Below, one piece after another: positions 1 through 8,423 of a DNA stretch of 32,000 nt; the stretch's first letter is position 1; the number at the start of each line of letters is the position of its first letter. Source of the stretch: an uncultured Chloroflexia bacterium (GTDB taxonomy: Bacteria > Chloroflexota > Ktedonobacteria > Ktedonobacterales > JADMIN01); assembly GCA_963718915.1 (NCBI GenBank), contig CAVRAI010000007.1, forward strand, positions 390,001 to 422,000, in the 5' to 3' direction. The position numbers were made by a program, and so were the translations under genes. The notes under the pieces were generated by a model, which made no database searches, was not told the DNA's origin, and was given only the letters and a program-made list of their open reading frames with translations.

Positions 1-97
1 ACCTCCTCCGCTTGCATGGAGCACGAAACTCTGATATACTCATATAATAAGTGTCCTAACGACATTTGTCAAGTAGCTAATAGTACGGGAGCTAATT

Positions 98-583
98 GTG
101 CATCCAGCCACCCAGATCACGTCCGATTTCGACGCGCTGTATCCGACCGCCAGCGCACGCGCGACCGAATGTGCGATGAACCTGGTGTTCACCGCTGACC
201 TATTGCAGAAGCGCATCGCCACCCTGGTCCAACCCTTGCACCTCACCCCTACCTCCGGGCTGGTGCTCAGTATCCTGGCAAACGCTGAGTCGCCCCTACC
301 GCCCAATGAAATCGCTGACCGGCTGATCATCAGCCGAGCGACGGTCACGGGTTTGCTCGACTCGCTCGAACGCCGGGCGTATATCCGCCGACGGCCTCAC
401 CCCTCGGACAGACGGATGATTCTGGCGGAGATCACCGAAGCGGGGAGGCAGGCCGCGAGCGCCTTTCGCCCGATCGTCCATCAGTGTGAGAAGGAATGGT
501 TTGGGGTGCTGGATGAGAAGGAGCAGCAACAACTCCTCGTCGCGCTCCATCGTTTACAGGAGCGCTTGCGGGATGCCGGCTGA
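98..583 (+). CDS. MarR-family winged-helix transcriptional regulator
   Basis: 161-aa ORF with a GTG start and GGGAG 6 nt upstream. The wHTH core 'SGLVLSILANA...PNEIADRLIISRATVTGLLDSLERRAYIRRRPHPSDRRMILAEITEAG' fits the MarR recognition-helix plus wing (DxR) pattern. An alternative ATG at 176 has no RBS. Confidence 0.85.
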   Translation: MHPATQITSDFDALYPTASARATECAMNLVFTADLLQKRIATLVQPLHLTPTSGLVLSILANAESPLPPNEIADRLIISRATVTGLLDSLERRAYIRRRPHPSDRRMILAEITEAGRQAASAFRPIVHQCEKEWFGVLDEKEQQQLLVALHRLQERLRDAG

Positions 584-929
584 GCGCCCCTGCGTCTTGC
601 TCGCATTTTCGCGGCTATAATCGTAGGATTGGCAGCAGTGGCGGGCGCCGGAGCGGTCAGTACACTTCTTGGCTTGTCGTTTCTAATCGTGTTTGCGGTT
701 CGTGACTTACATCGGCCGCTCTAGGATCGACGGCACGCACGCTCCGGCAATGAAACAACATCTGGCATATGAAGCCGCGCCTTTTTGCTATTGGACGAAT
801 CCTCACCGGAATTAGCGCCTGCTATCAACGCTCCCGCCTTCCGACGTGGTACAACAGCCTCATAGGGAAACAACGAACCTGTAGCCACGACCATCCCTGA
901 GCGGGCAGCAGACTGGAGCGTAACACAGC

Positions 930-1997
930 ATGAGCACACCATTGATGGCTGGCATCAGCGCCAGAGTTGTCGAGACGCCGCGCCTGCGTACCTACGCGCT
1001 GACGGCGGGTGATGAGAGCGGCGCGCCCGTTGTCTTCGTGCACGGCAACGTCTCGTCGGCGCGCTTCTTCGAGGAGACGATGCTGGCGATGCCGCCGGGC
1101 TACTGGTCGGTCGCGCCTGATCTGCGCGGCTTTGGCGAGAGCGAGACGAAGCCGGTGGACGCCTCGCGTGGCCTGCGCGACTTCTCCGATGATCTGCGCG
1201 CATTCCTGGAGGCGCTCGGCCTGACGGGCGCGCGCAAGCCCCATCTGCTCGGCTGGTCGCTCGGCGGTGGTGTCGTCATGCAGTACGCGATTGACAATGC
1301 CGCCGACGTCGCCTCGATCACGATGATGGACCCCATGTCGCCGTTCGGCTTCGGCGGGACAAAGGACACGAATGGCGCACCCTGCTGGCCTGATGCGGCT
1401 GGCTCTGGCGGCGGCACCGCCAACCCCGACTACGTCAAGCGGCTGCGTGAGGGCGACCGTGGCGAGGAATCGCCCAACTCGCCGCGCAACGTGATGAACG
1501 CCTTCTACTTCAAGCCGCCGTTCCGGGTCGCGCCGGAGCGTGAAGATGTCTTCGTCGACGCGATGCTCCAGATGCAGGTGAGCGACCAGAACTATCCCGG
1601 CGATATGCAGACCTCCGAGAACTGGCCCGGCGTGCGTCCCGGCGCGACCGGCGTGAACAACGCCATCTCTGCCCGGCTCGACCTTAGCGCATTCAGCGCA
1701 ATCACGCCGCAGCCGCCGGTGCTCTGGATACGCGGCGCGGACGATCTCATCGTCTCAGACAGTTCCTTCCTGGACTTTGGCACGCTCGGCAAGCTTGGCT
1801 ACGTGCCCGGCTGGCCCGGCGACGACGTGTTCCCGTCGCAGCCGATGGTCGCGCAGATACGCGCTGTCCTCGACCGCTACGCCATTGGCGGTGGGCGTTA
1901 TACTGAGGTTGTGGTGGCCGACTGTGGTCACTCGCCGCATATCGAGAAGCCAGGGGAGTTCAGCACGGCGTTCCTCACGTTTCTGGCGGGTGCGTGA
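930..1997 (+). CDS. alpha/beta-fold hydrolase
   Basis: 355-aa ORF with 'VVFVHGN' (oxyanion region), the nucleophile elbow 'GWSLGG' (G-x-S-x-G) and a C-terminal 'DCGHSPHIEKP' catalytic-His region. Confidence 0.85.
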   Translation: MSTPLMAGISARVVETPRLRTYALTAGDESGAPVVFVHGNVSSARFFEETMLAMPPGYWSVAPDLRGFGESETKPVDASRGLRDFSDDLRAFLEALGLTGARKPHLLGWSLGGGVVMQYAIDNAADVASITMMDPMSPFGFGGTKDTNGAPCWPDAAGSGGGTANPDYVKRLREGDRGEESPNSPRNVMNAFYFKPPFRVAPEREDVFVDAMLQMQVSDQNYPGDMQTSENWPGVRPGATGVNNAISARLDLSAFSAITPQPPVLWIRGADDLIVSDSSFLDFGTLGKLGYVPGWPGDDVFPSQPMVAQIRAVLDRYAIGGGRYTEVVVADCGHSPHIEKPGEFSTAFLTFLAGA

Positions 1998-2087
1998 CCT
2001 GTCCGGCACCGTATATCCAAGGGTTCCCATGCCGCATGAACATACACGTTTATTCCGAACACCGCGTGTCGTGGCAGGCGAGGTAGA

Positions 2088-2158
2088 CCGTAGCGTGAAC
2101 GCTACGGCGAATGGGTCGAGCGACGCTGGGGGCAGGGAAATTCGCTGGCAGGCTCCGG
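2088..2158 (+). repeat. Structured intergenic element, copy 1 (7-bp-stem/TGAA-loop hairpin + GGCGAAT...ATTCGCT long-range stem)
   Basis: Hairpin CGTAGCG-TGAA-CGCTACG at 2089-2106. GGCGAAT at 2106-2112 pairs with ATTCGCT at 2140-2146 (G-T, i.e. G.U only on the + strand). Tail is GGCAGGCTCCGG. Near-identical to copy 2 at 3170-3246. Lies 143 nt upstream of the SDR start. Confidence 0.8.
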
Positions 2159-2301
2159 TTGGTTCACCCTAGCACGCTTTTCGGGGTATTTCTTAACGTT
2201 CATCATGCCGCGAAGGTGGTTCATTGCCGCACTCGCATGGTTTCCATTACTCCGGCCATTTATGGCCGAGGCAGACATCATCAACAAAAGGAGGGCGTGA
2301 G

Positions 2302-3072
2302 ATGGCCGCTCTTGAAGGAAGGGTAGCGCTGGTCACGGGTGCGGCGAGTGGCATCGGGCTGGCGATTGCGCAGGCGCTGGCCGCCGAGGGCGCGCGGGTG
2401 ACGCTGGCCGATCTGGACGCCGAGCGTGGCCAGGCGGAGGCGGCGAAGCTGACGGGCGCGCGATTCGTCTCCGCCGATTTGACGCAGGCCGAGGGATGTC
2501 GCCAGCTCGTCGAGGGTACCATCACCGCGTCGGGCAGGCTGGATATCCTGGTGAACAACGCTGGTGTTCAGCATGTCGCGCCAATCACCGAATTCCCGGA
2601 GGCGAAGTGGCGCCAGTTGATTGAGTTGATGCTCACCGCGCCGTTTCTGCTGACTCAGGCGGCGCTGCCGGGCATGAACGAGCGGCGCTGGGGGCGTATC
2701 CTCAACGTTGGCTCGGTGCATTCGCTACGGGCGTCGGCCTTCAAGTCGGCGTATGTCGCCGCCAAGCATGGTATCCTTGGTCTGACACGAGTCACCGCGC
2801 TGGAGGGGGCCGAATACGGCGTCACCTGTAACTGTCTCTGTCCGTCGTATGTGCGCACTGCGCTGGTGGAGAAGCAGATTGCCGATCAGGCGCGGATCCA
2901 CAACATCCCTGAGAGCGAGGTGGTCGAGAAGATCATGGTCGCCGAGGCGCCGATTCACCGGCTGCTAGAGCCATCCGAAGTAGCAGCCTACGCCACATTC
3001 CTCTGCTCCGATGCGGCCAGCGGGATTACCGGCAGCGCGGTCACGATTGACTGCGGCTGGACGGCGCACTAG
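2302..3072 (+). CDS. Short-chain dehydrogenase/reductase (3-hydroxybutyrate dehydrogenase-like)
   Basis: ATG at 2302 follows AAAGGAGGG; the longer ORF from 2224 has no RBS. Motifs: 'TGAASGIGLAIA' (TGxxxGxG), 'NNAG', catalytic 'S...YVAAKHG' (Y-x3-K). 256 aa. Confidence 0.9.
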   Translation: MAALEGRVALVTGAASGIGLAIAQALAAEGARVTLADLDAERGQAEAAKLTGARFVSADLTQAEGCRQLVEGTITASGRLDILVNNAGVQHVAPITEFPEAKWRQLIELMLTAPFLLTQAALPGMNERRWGRILNVGSVHSLRASAFKSAYVAAKHGILGLTRVTALEGAEYGVTCNCLCPSYVRTALVEKQIADQARIHNIPESEVVEKIMVAEAPIHRLLEPSEVAAYATFLCSDAASGITGSAVTIDCGWTAH

Positions 3073-3090
3073 CGGGTAATAGTCCAGCTT

Positions 3091-3108
3091 CGCGGCATGA
3101 ATGCCGCG
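3091..3108 (+). repeat. Stand-alone copy of the 7-bp-stem/TGAA-loop hairpin
   Basis: CGCGGCA-TGAA-TGCCGCG, a perfect stem 19 nt after the SDR stop. Same architecture and loop as the hairpins at 2089, 3171 and 11120, with stem positions changed in a compensatory way. Followed by GCTAATCCC (compare GCGAATGGG in the full elements). Confidence 0.6.
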
Positions 3109-3169
3109 GCTAATCCCATCCGTTCAGCGCCGTATTTTAAAGGTGATCGCGGGCGGTGGGGTGAGCAGG

Positions 3170-3246
3170 CCGTAGCGTGAACGCTACGGCGAATGGGCGA
3201 ACGCGATGGTGGGGCGGGAAAATTCGCCGGGGCCTTTAGGCTCCGG
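3170..3246 (+). repeat. Structured intergenic element, copy 2
   Basis: Hairpin CGTAGCG-TGAA-CGCTACG at 3171-3188. GGCGAAT 3188-3194 pairs with ATTCGCC 3222-3228. Tail is GGCCTTTAGGCTCCGG. Lies 97 nt upstream of the hydrolase start at 3344. Confidence 0.8.
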
Positions 3247-3343
3247 CAAGCATTCCTCAGACCGCTGCTGCAGGCCGGAGATGTTTCCGCGCTATTTTCT
3301 AAAACAGCATTATGTGGAATTTCAGAAAGTGGAGGGTCGGACG

Positions 3344-4264
3344 ATGCGTCTCTTTGGCAAGCGGGCATCACAGGTGGATGCCGGCGGTGGTTCCGTGGCC
3401 GCGACTTCTTCCGATGCTGTCGGCGCGCACGATCTGCGCCTCTCTGACGTGACCATTCACTACCAGAGCTGGGGTCAGCCATCCACCTCGGAGCGCGCGG
3501 TCGTCCTCATCCACGGGTTGACGGCCAGCTCCATGGAGTTCGCCGAGCTTGGGCCAGCGTTGGCCGCGCAGGGTTACTACGCCATCGCGCTCGATCTGCG
3601 CGGGCGCGGACTCAGCTCGAAGCCCGCCCATGGCTACAACGTCGCGTTTCACGCCGCCGACGCGCTGGCGCTCTGCGACGCGCTCAACCTCGACGCGGTC
3701 AACGTCGTCGGCCACTCGCTGGGCGCGGTCATCGGCATGTATATCACCGCCATCGCGCCGCAGCGGGTGCGCAAGCTGGTGCTGATTGACGCGGGCGGCA
3801 ACATTCCGCAGGATACCGCGCAGGCGATCTCCGCCTCAGTCTCGCGGCTGGGAACTGTCTATCCCTCGCTGGACGCTTTCCTTGGCCTGATGCGCCAGCT
3901 GCCGATGCTGCAATGGAACAACCTATGGGAGCAGTACTTCCGCTACGACGCCGACGTCCGCCCGGACGGCACGGTGACCTCGCACGTGCCGAAGGCTGCC
4001 ATCGAGGAGGAGTCGCTGGCGCTGGCGCTGACCCGTTCGGAGGCGTTGCCCGATCTGGTGAAATGTCCGACGCTGGTCGTCCGCGCGACGGTGGGGCTGC
4101 TCGGCCCAGACGCGGGCTTCATTCTGCCGCGCGATGAGGCGGCGCGCCTCTGCAGCGTCATCGCCGACTGCCGCCTGCTCGAAGTGCCCGACACCAACCA
4201 CTACACAGTCGTCATCGCCGACGCCACCGTCGCAGGCATCCAGGGCTTCCTGGCGGATGGGTAG
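3344..4264 (+). CDS. alpha/beta-fold hydrolase
   Basis: ATG at 3344 is preceded by GGAGGG. The longer ORF from 3206 runs through repeat copy 2 and is unlikely. Motifs: 'VVLIHGLTAS', nucleophile elbow 'GHSLGA', C-terminal 'PDTNHY' His region. 306 aa. Confidence 0.85.
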   Translation: MRLFGKRASQVDAGGGSVAATSSDAVGAHDLRLSDVTIHYQSWGQPSTSERAVVLIHGLTASSMEFAELGPALAAQGYYAIALDLRGRGLSSKPAHGYNVAFHAADALALCDALNLDAVNVVGHSLGAVIGMYITAIAPQRVRKLVLIDAGGNIPQDTAQAISASVSRLGTVYPSLDAFLGLMRQLPMLQWNNLWEQYFRYDADVRPDGTVTSHVPKAAIEEESLALALTRSEALPDLVKCPTLVVRATVGLLGPDAGFILPRDEAARLCSVIADCRLLEVPDTNHYTVVIADATVAGIQGFLADG

Positions 4265-4265
4265 A

Positions 4266-4307
4266 GTTGGCGCGAATGCGCAGGGTATGTGGAGCATCCG
4301 CGCCAAC
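4266..4307. terminator. Inverted repeat between convergent genes (possible bidirectional terminator)
   Basis: GTTGGCGCG (4266-4274) and CGCGCCAAC (4299-4307) form a 9-bp perfect stem with a 24-nt loop, filling the 50-bp gap between the stops at 4264 (+) and 4315 (-). No clear U-tract. Confidence 0.4.
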
Positions 4308-4314
4308 CTAATGG

Positions 4315-6489
4315 TCAAGAATAGCTGGAAGTACTTCGTATAACATCGGCTTGGATTTCAGCGTTCTCGGCTTCTGCCTTACGACCCATTAGTCTCAATG
4401 TGTCCGCTTTTGCATCCCATGCAATGGGATTGTTAGCGTCTATGGAGAGTCTCTGATCATAGGCAGCGAGAGCTTCTTTGTATCGTTTCATAGCCGTGAG
4501 CAGTTGGCCTTTCGATAGCCAGGTCATGTTATGTCTGGGATCAAGAGTTAGCACCTGGTCAAAGGCTGCTAACGCCTCCTCGTTACGGCCGAGGTAGCGC
4601 AATACCGACCCCTTATCGTCCCAGGTTCCCGCATGTTCGGGATCAAGAGTTAGTGCCTGGTCAAAAGCGGCTAATGCCTCTTCATAGCGCCGCAACGTCT
4701 GAAGCGTCCACCCCTTGTAACTCCAGGCAGCGGCCAATTGGCTATCAAGGATGAGCGCCTGATCGAAGGCAGTCAGTGCCGCTTCGTCTAATTTCAACTC
4801 CAGGAGTGCTATGCCATTGTTCAACCACGCTCTAGCATCCTTTGGGGCAAGTGCTACTGCCTGTTCATAGGCGGTCAGAGACTCCTCATACCGCCCCAAT
4901 TGTTTCAGCACTTTACCTTTACGTTGCCATACGTTCGAATCCTTTGGGGTAAGGGTGAGTATCTGATTATAGATGGCGAGCGCCTCTTCATATCGCTCTA
5001 ATCGCAAGAGGATTGTAGCTTTCAATCCCCATGCATCTACACTCCTGGCATTGATCGAAATCGCTTGTTCGCAGGCGGTGAGCGCCTCCTCATCTCGGTT
5101 TAACAAAACGAGCGCGGCCCCTTTGCCGGCCCAAAAAGAGTCGTTTTGAGGGCCGAGTGCGACTGCCTGATCCCAGGCTTCCAGTACTTCCTGGTGTCGC
5201 TCCAATTCGACGAGTGCGTCACCCTTACATATCCATGTCAGGGCATCGCGGGGATTAATGGCGAGTGATTGATTAAAGGCCGAAAGCGCCTCTTCTGGCA
5301 GCTTCTTGCCGACGAGCGCCATACCCTTGCTGAACCATGCGAACGCGTTATTCGGGTTGAGAGCGATCGCCCGATCAATAGCAGCCAGCGCTTCCTCCTC
5401 CCGGTCCAGCGTACTCAGTACCATCCCTCTGTTCACCCAGTCAGAGTCATCTTTGGGATCGAAGGTAAGAACCCGCTCACATAATGCATGCACCTCTTCG
5501 TCTGAGCGATCCAACCCTTCGAGCGCGAAGCTTTTGTGAGACAGCGCCAGGACAAAATTGGGGTCGAGACTGAGCGCCTGCTCACAGGCCGCCAGCATCT
5601 CCTCCCAATGCATCTGCCCCCGCTGCAATACAATCAGTTCAGTGAGCAATGTCAGTTGTGGTTCGGTTTCATCTATCGGGATATAGGTTTGGGCGCGCGC
5701 CAGCAGCTTCATGGCTTCCTCTATCCGCCGCAGCAGGATTAGCGCCTGGGCCTTGCCACGTATGGTAGGCACATCATATGGATCATCGGCTAGAGCGTTA
5801 TCGAGCGCAGCCAGCGCGGTGGCGCCGTCTTCAAGTTCAACGGCGGCCAGCCCCAGTTCGCGCCAGAGTTGCGGCGTCATCGCCTCTGGCGCTTCGTCCT
5901 GTAGAGTTCGCGCTCGTATGAGTACCTGCCGCCAGTCCTTGCGGCCAAACGCGGTATGTATCTCCTGCATCAGGCGCGCAACCAGGCGCTCTTTTGGCGT
6001 CCCTGACGCGGCGGAGGATGCTGGTGAGGGGGCTGTTATAGCGGCTGGCGTCACGCTCCCCGTTTCTGCTGAAATTGGGCCAGTGTAGCCCAGTTCGCGC
6101 AACAATGAGGTCAATCGCGCCTCGTAGGGCAGGTCGTCGCCAAAAGGTAGCGCTTGAATGAGTTGCCAGTCTGCGGGTGTCTGGCAGGTACGATACATCA
6201 GCGGCAGGAGGTGTTTGCCGAGCTTGACGTGCTGCCAGTAGGCGATGCCCATCTCACGCGGTACCCAGTCTGAGGCGAGCGCATCAGGCGAGAGTAACAC
6301 AAGAAACGTGCCGCGCGCAGTAATCTCGGCGACGATACGATTCCACCACTCGTCACCGCCATGAAGACCGCCGGAGACATCGTACCAGACGGCATCCTCG
6401 CCCAGGTGCGCGCGCAGATCGGCGACTAGGCGCTTGCCAAACGCATCATCTTTGCTGCTGTGGCTGAAGAACAAACGCACCTGCTCCAT
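4315..6489 (-). CDS. TIR domain - TPR repeat fusion protein
   Basis: 724-aa ORF with AAGGAGAG upstream of the ATG. The N-terminal ~125 aa, 'RLFFSHSSKDDAFGKRLVADL...AVWYD...FLVLLSPDALASDWVPREMGIA', fit the bacterial TIR pattern, including the S-x-W-x(3)-E glutamate (E79, codon 6253-6255). From about aa 190 to the C-terminus there are roughly 14-15 tandem 34-aa TPR units of the form 'W..KG.AL..L.R.EEAL.A.DQAL.L.P'. Confidence 0.9.
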   Translation of the reverse strand: MEQVRLFFSHSSKDDAFGKRLVADLRAHLGEDAVWYDVSGGLHGGDEWWNRIVAEITARGTFLVLLSPDALASDWVPREMGIAYWQHVKLGKHLLPLMYRTCQTPADWQLIQALPFGDDLPYEARLTSLLRELGYTGPISAETGSVTPAAITAPSPASSAASGTPKERLVARLMQEIHTAFGRKDWRQVLIRARTLQDEAPEAMTPQLWRELGLAAVELEDGATALAALDNALADDPYDVPTIRGKAQALILLRRIEEAMKLLARAQTYIPIDETEPQLTLLTELIVLQRGQMHWEEMLAACEQALSLDPNFVLALSHKSFALEGLDRSDEEVHALCERVLTFDPKDDSDWVNRGMVLSTLDREEEALAAIDRAIALNPNNAFAWFSKGMALVGKKLPEEALSAFNQSLAINPRDALTWICKGDALVELERHQEVLEAWDQAVALGPQNDSFWAGKGAALVLLNRDEEALTACEQAISINARSVDAWGLKATILLRLERYEEALAIYNQILTLTPKDSNVWQRKGKVLKQLGRYEESLTAYEQAVALAPKDARAWLNNGIALLELKLDEAALTAFDQALILDSQLAAAWSYKGWTLQTLRRYEEALAAFDQALTLDPEHAGTWDDKGSVLRYLGRNEEALAAFDQVLTLDPRHNMTWLSKGQLLTAMKRYKEALAAYDQRLSIDANNPIAWDAKADTLRLMGRKAEAENAEIQADVIRSTSSYS

Positions 6490-6552
6490 TGTCTGCTCTC
6501 CTTATTTTGTGCTTGACTGCACCGAAAGCGATGAACCAATGAATCTGACAGT

Positions 6553-6580
6553 ATTCTAGCACGGGCTGTATGGTTCGTCA
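6553..6580 (-). promoter_or_regulatory. Candidate sigma70-type promoter for the TIR-TPR gene
   Basis: On the minus strand: TGACGA (6575-6580), a 16-nt spacer, then TAGAAT (6553-6558), about 60 nt upstream of the ATG at 6489. Hexamer matching only. Confidence 0.3.
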
Positions 6581-6656
6581 CGGGGAAAGATGGTTCAAAA
6601 TCTATCGAGATGCGCGCGATGAGGGCGTCTGGGTATTCATGCCAGGCGAAGCCTTC

Positions 6657-8423
6657 CTATGCGGGTGAGATCAGCAGGTCGGAGAAGGTAATCGTGCCAT
6701 TACTGCCTCCAACGAAGACACCGACCTGACCGGATTGCGGCACGTCATCCCCAACATAGCTGCCGACATACTGCCCGTTGACGAAGAAGCTCAACCTGGA
6801 ACCTTGCATCAGCACTGCCAGCCGGTTCGTCGCGTCCAGCCCCTGATGAATCGCCGCTAAGCCGCCAAAGGAGCCTTCATAGCGCAGGTCTCTATAATTG
6901 GACTCTGGCCCGTCGCCTTGTTTGGGGCGGAGATTCAGATGCCACTCGCCGTTCGGCGTGATCGTGAAGGCCAGCGCTGTGTTGCTGCCCGAATTTGCGC
7001 GAAATAATATGCCCGCGTCGTTCAAGTCGAAGTCCACCTGCTGGCGCATCGTCACCTCAACCAGCCCATCATGCATCGTTTGGGGGATGAGGCTGCCAAC
7101 ATTACAGCAGGTATCGGACGTGAAGACATAGCCGCTGGGCGTAAAGCTAACGCCCTTTGCGGCATCCGCTGAGGTGAGCGTCCACTGGAGCGTATTCGCC
7201 GTCAGTGGATCGCTGATATGTGACGTTGCGGTCTCCAATTGCGTAAGTTGCCCCCCAAAATACCACTGTTGCGCAGATGGGATGAGAATGCCCCCAAGCA
7301 GCACAAGCACCGATAACGCAGCGGCACATATGGCGGCTGGCCAGCGTGGCAGTGCTGACTCCCCAAAATGCCACGCGCTGGCCGCGAGCAGTCTGGGACG
7401 CCGCCAGGGAGATAGTTCCGAGACTTCAGACGAGATATGGAGCGCGCCGGGATTCAGGTCGCGTAGCGGAAAGTTCACCCGCGCCTGGACGAGTTGAGCG
7501 AGTCGCTGCCCTGGGTCTTCAGCAAGCACATACGGTGGGTAGGTAAGCCAGAGCAGGCTTGTATGCAGTCCAATCACGGCGTAAACGATATTGGAGCGCG
7601 GGTTGCTCATCTGTACAGGATTCATGGCGAAGGCAAACCAGCCGCGCGCCTCCGACCAGGGCAGCGCGTGTTTGCCCCAATGCAGGCCATCCCCGCGCGC
7701 CTCAACCTGGATTGCGCGTACCTTGCGTGTGATCGAGACAAACCACAACCCGCTCTGGATAGGGAACAAAGCGACTAAGGCGTACATCTGCCATGGAAAG
7801 AAGTTCTGCGCTAACAGCGTTCGTTCCACGAAGAACAGCGCCACCCACATTGCGACAACGCCCACACCCAGGCACAGGTTGAATCCGTACGTGATCTGCT
7901 GAGTGCGCAGCAGTCTCGACTCGGGCGGCATCACCTTGAACGATGTGGCGGGTGTGTCCAGTGGTTGCGCTGCCTGGCCAGTGGGGAAAATCGCAATCGG
8001 CGGCGCGAGGCTATCGTCGCCTGCCAGCGCGCCCCAGCTCAGACTACGGATGCTCACCTGGCCGGGAGCGGATATTCCTGCTGGCGCTCGGCGCTCCTGA
8101 CGGCGAACATGCCAGATGCTCCCCAGGATGATGACTTGCACCAACATCGCGAGACCCGCGAGCATCCAGTAAAACATCCAGTCAATGAAGCCATTGCTGT
8201 ACCACAAGGTGATAAGGCTTACCAGCGCAATGATGGTATACACAATGATAATGTGCCATCTTGTCCCCCACGGGTCCATGGCGCGCTGGAGTACTCCTCG
8301 CTGTGGCGGCTCGGCGAGTTGCTGGAGACCGCCGACAAGCGCTTTACATACCTTATCGGACGGATAGAGCGGAAGGCCGGGAATATAGCCATACATATCT
8401 CGTTCTGGCGTCTGTATATTCAT
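6657..8423 (-). CDS. Multi-pass membrane protein with C-terminal extracytoplasmic ConA-like (LamG/DUF1080-like) jelly-roll domain
   Basis: 588-aa ORF. Hydrophobic helices at about aa 55-105 (2), about 185-235 (2) and about 365-385 (1). The C-terminal ~190 aa, 'DGLVEVTMRQ...AGILFRANSG..ALAFTITPNGEWHL...SFFVNGQYVG...GQVGVFVGGSNGTITFSDLLI', match the pattern of DUF1080/LamG-type lectin folds. The family assignment is by eye. Confidence 0.7.
   Translation of the reverse strand: MNIQTPERDMYGYIPGLPLYPSDKVCKALVGGLQQLAEPPQRGVLQRAMDPWGTRWHIIIVYTIIALVSLITLWYSNGFIDWMFYWMLAGLAMLVQVIILGSIWHVRRQERRAPAGISAPGQVSIRSLSWGALAGDDSLAPPIAIFPTGQAAQPLDTPATSFKVMPPESRLLRTQQITYGFNLCLGVGVVAMWVALFFVERTLLAQNFFPWQMYALVALFPIQSGLWFVSITRKVRAIQVEARGDGLHWGKHALPWSEARGWFAFAMNPVQMSNPRSNIVYAVIGLHTSLLWLTYPPYVLAEDPGQRLAQLVQARVNFPLRDLNPGALHISSEVSELSPWRRPRLLAASAWHFGESALPRWPAAICAAALSVLVLLGGILIPSAQQWYFGGQLTQLETATSHISDPLTANTLQWTLTSADAAKGVSFTPSGYVFTSDTCCNVGSLIPQTMHDGLVEVTMRQQVDFDLNDAGILFRANSGSNTALAFTITPNGEWHLNLRPKQGDGPESNYRDLRYEGSFGGLAAIHQGLDATNRLAVLMQGSRLSFFVNGQYVGSYVGDDVPQSGQVGVFVGGSNGTITFSDLLISPA

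Noticed and set aside
1-198. 60-aa ORF 16-198 (+), and a possible minus-strand gene starting at the CAT at 15-17
   Set aside because: The plus-strand ORF overlaps the MarR promoter and start region and has no RBS or homology. The minus-strand start cannot be evaluated with only 17 nt inside the window.
2224-2301. N-terminal extensions of ORF-track models (2224, 3206, 8686, 11143, 14708, 17478, 27456)
   Set aside because: In each case an internal start codon has a clear Shine-Dalgarno sequence and marks where family homology begins. The extensions either run through the intergenic repeat elements or have non-coding-like composition.
2088-3246. Idea that the two near-identical elements flanking the SDR gene are integron attC sites or cassette boundaries
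   Set aside because: There are no RYYYAAC/GTTRRRY core sites and no integrase nearby. A third copy sits inside an unrelated operon, and the elements are in direct orientation upstream of genes rather than downstream of cassettes.
4400-5900. Periodic ~102-bp repetition that could be mistaken for a tandem repeat or CRISPR-like array
   Set aside because: The periodicity is that of 34-aa TPR units inside one continuous ORF. The units are diverged at the DNA level, with no identical repeats or spacers.
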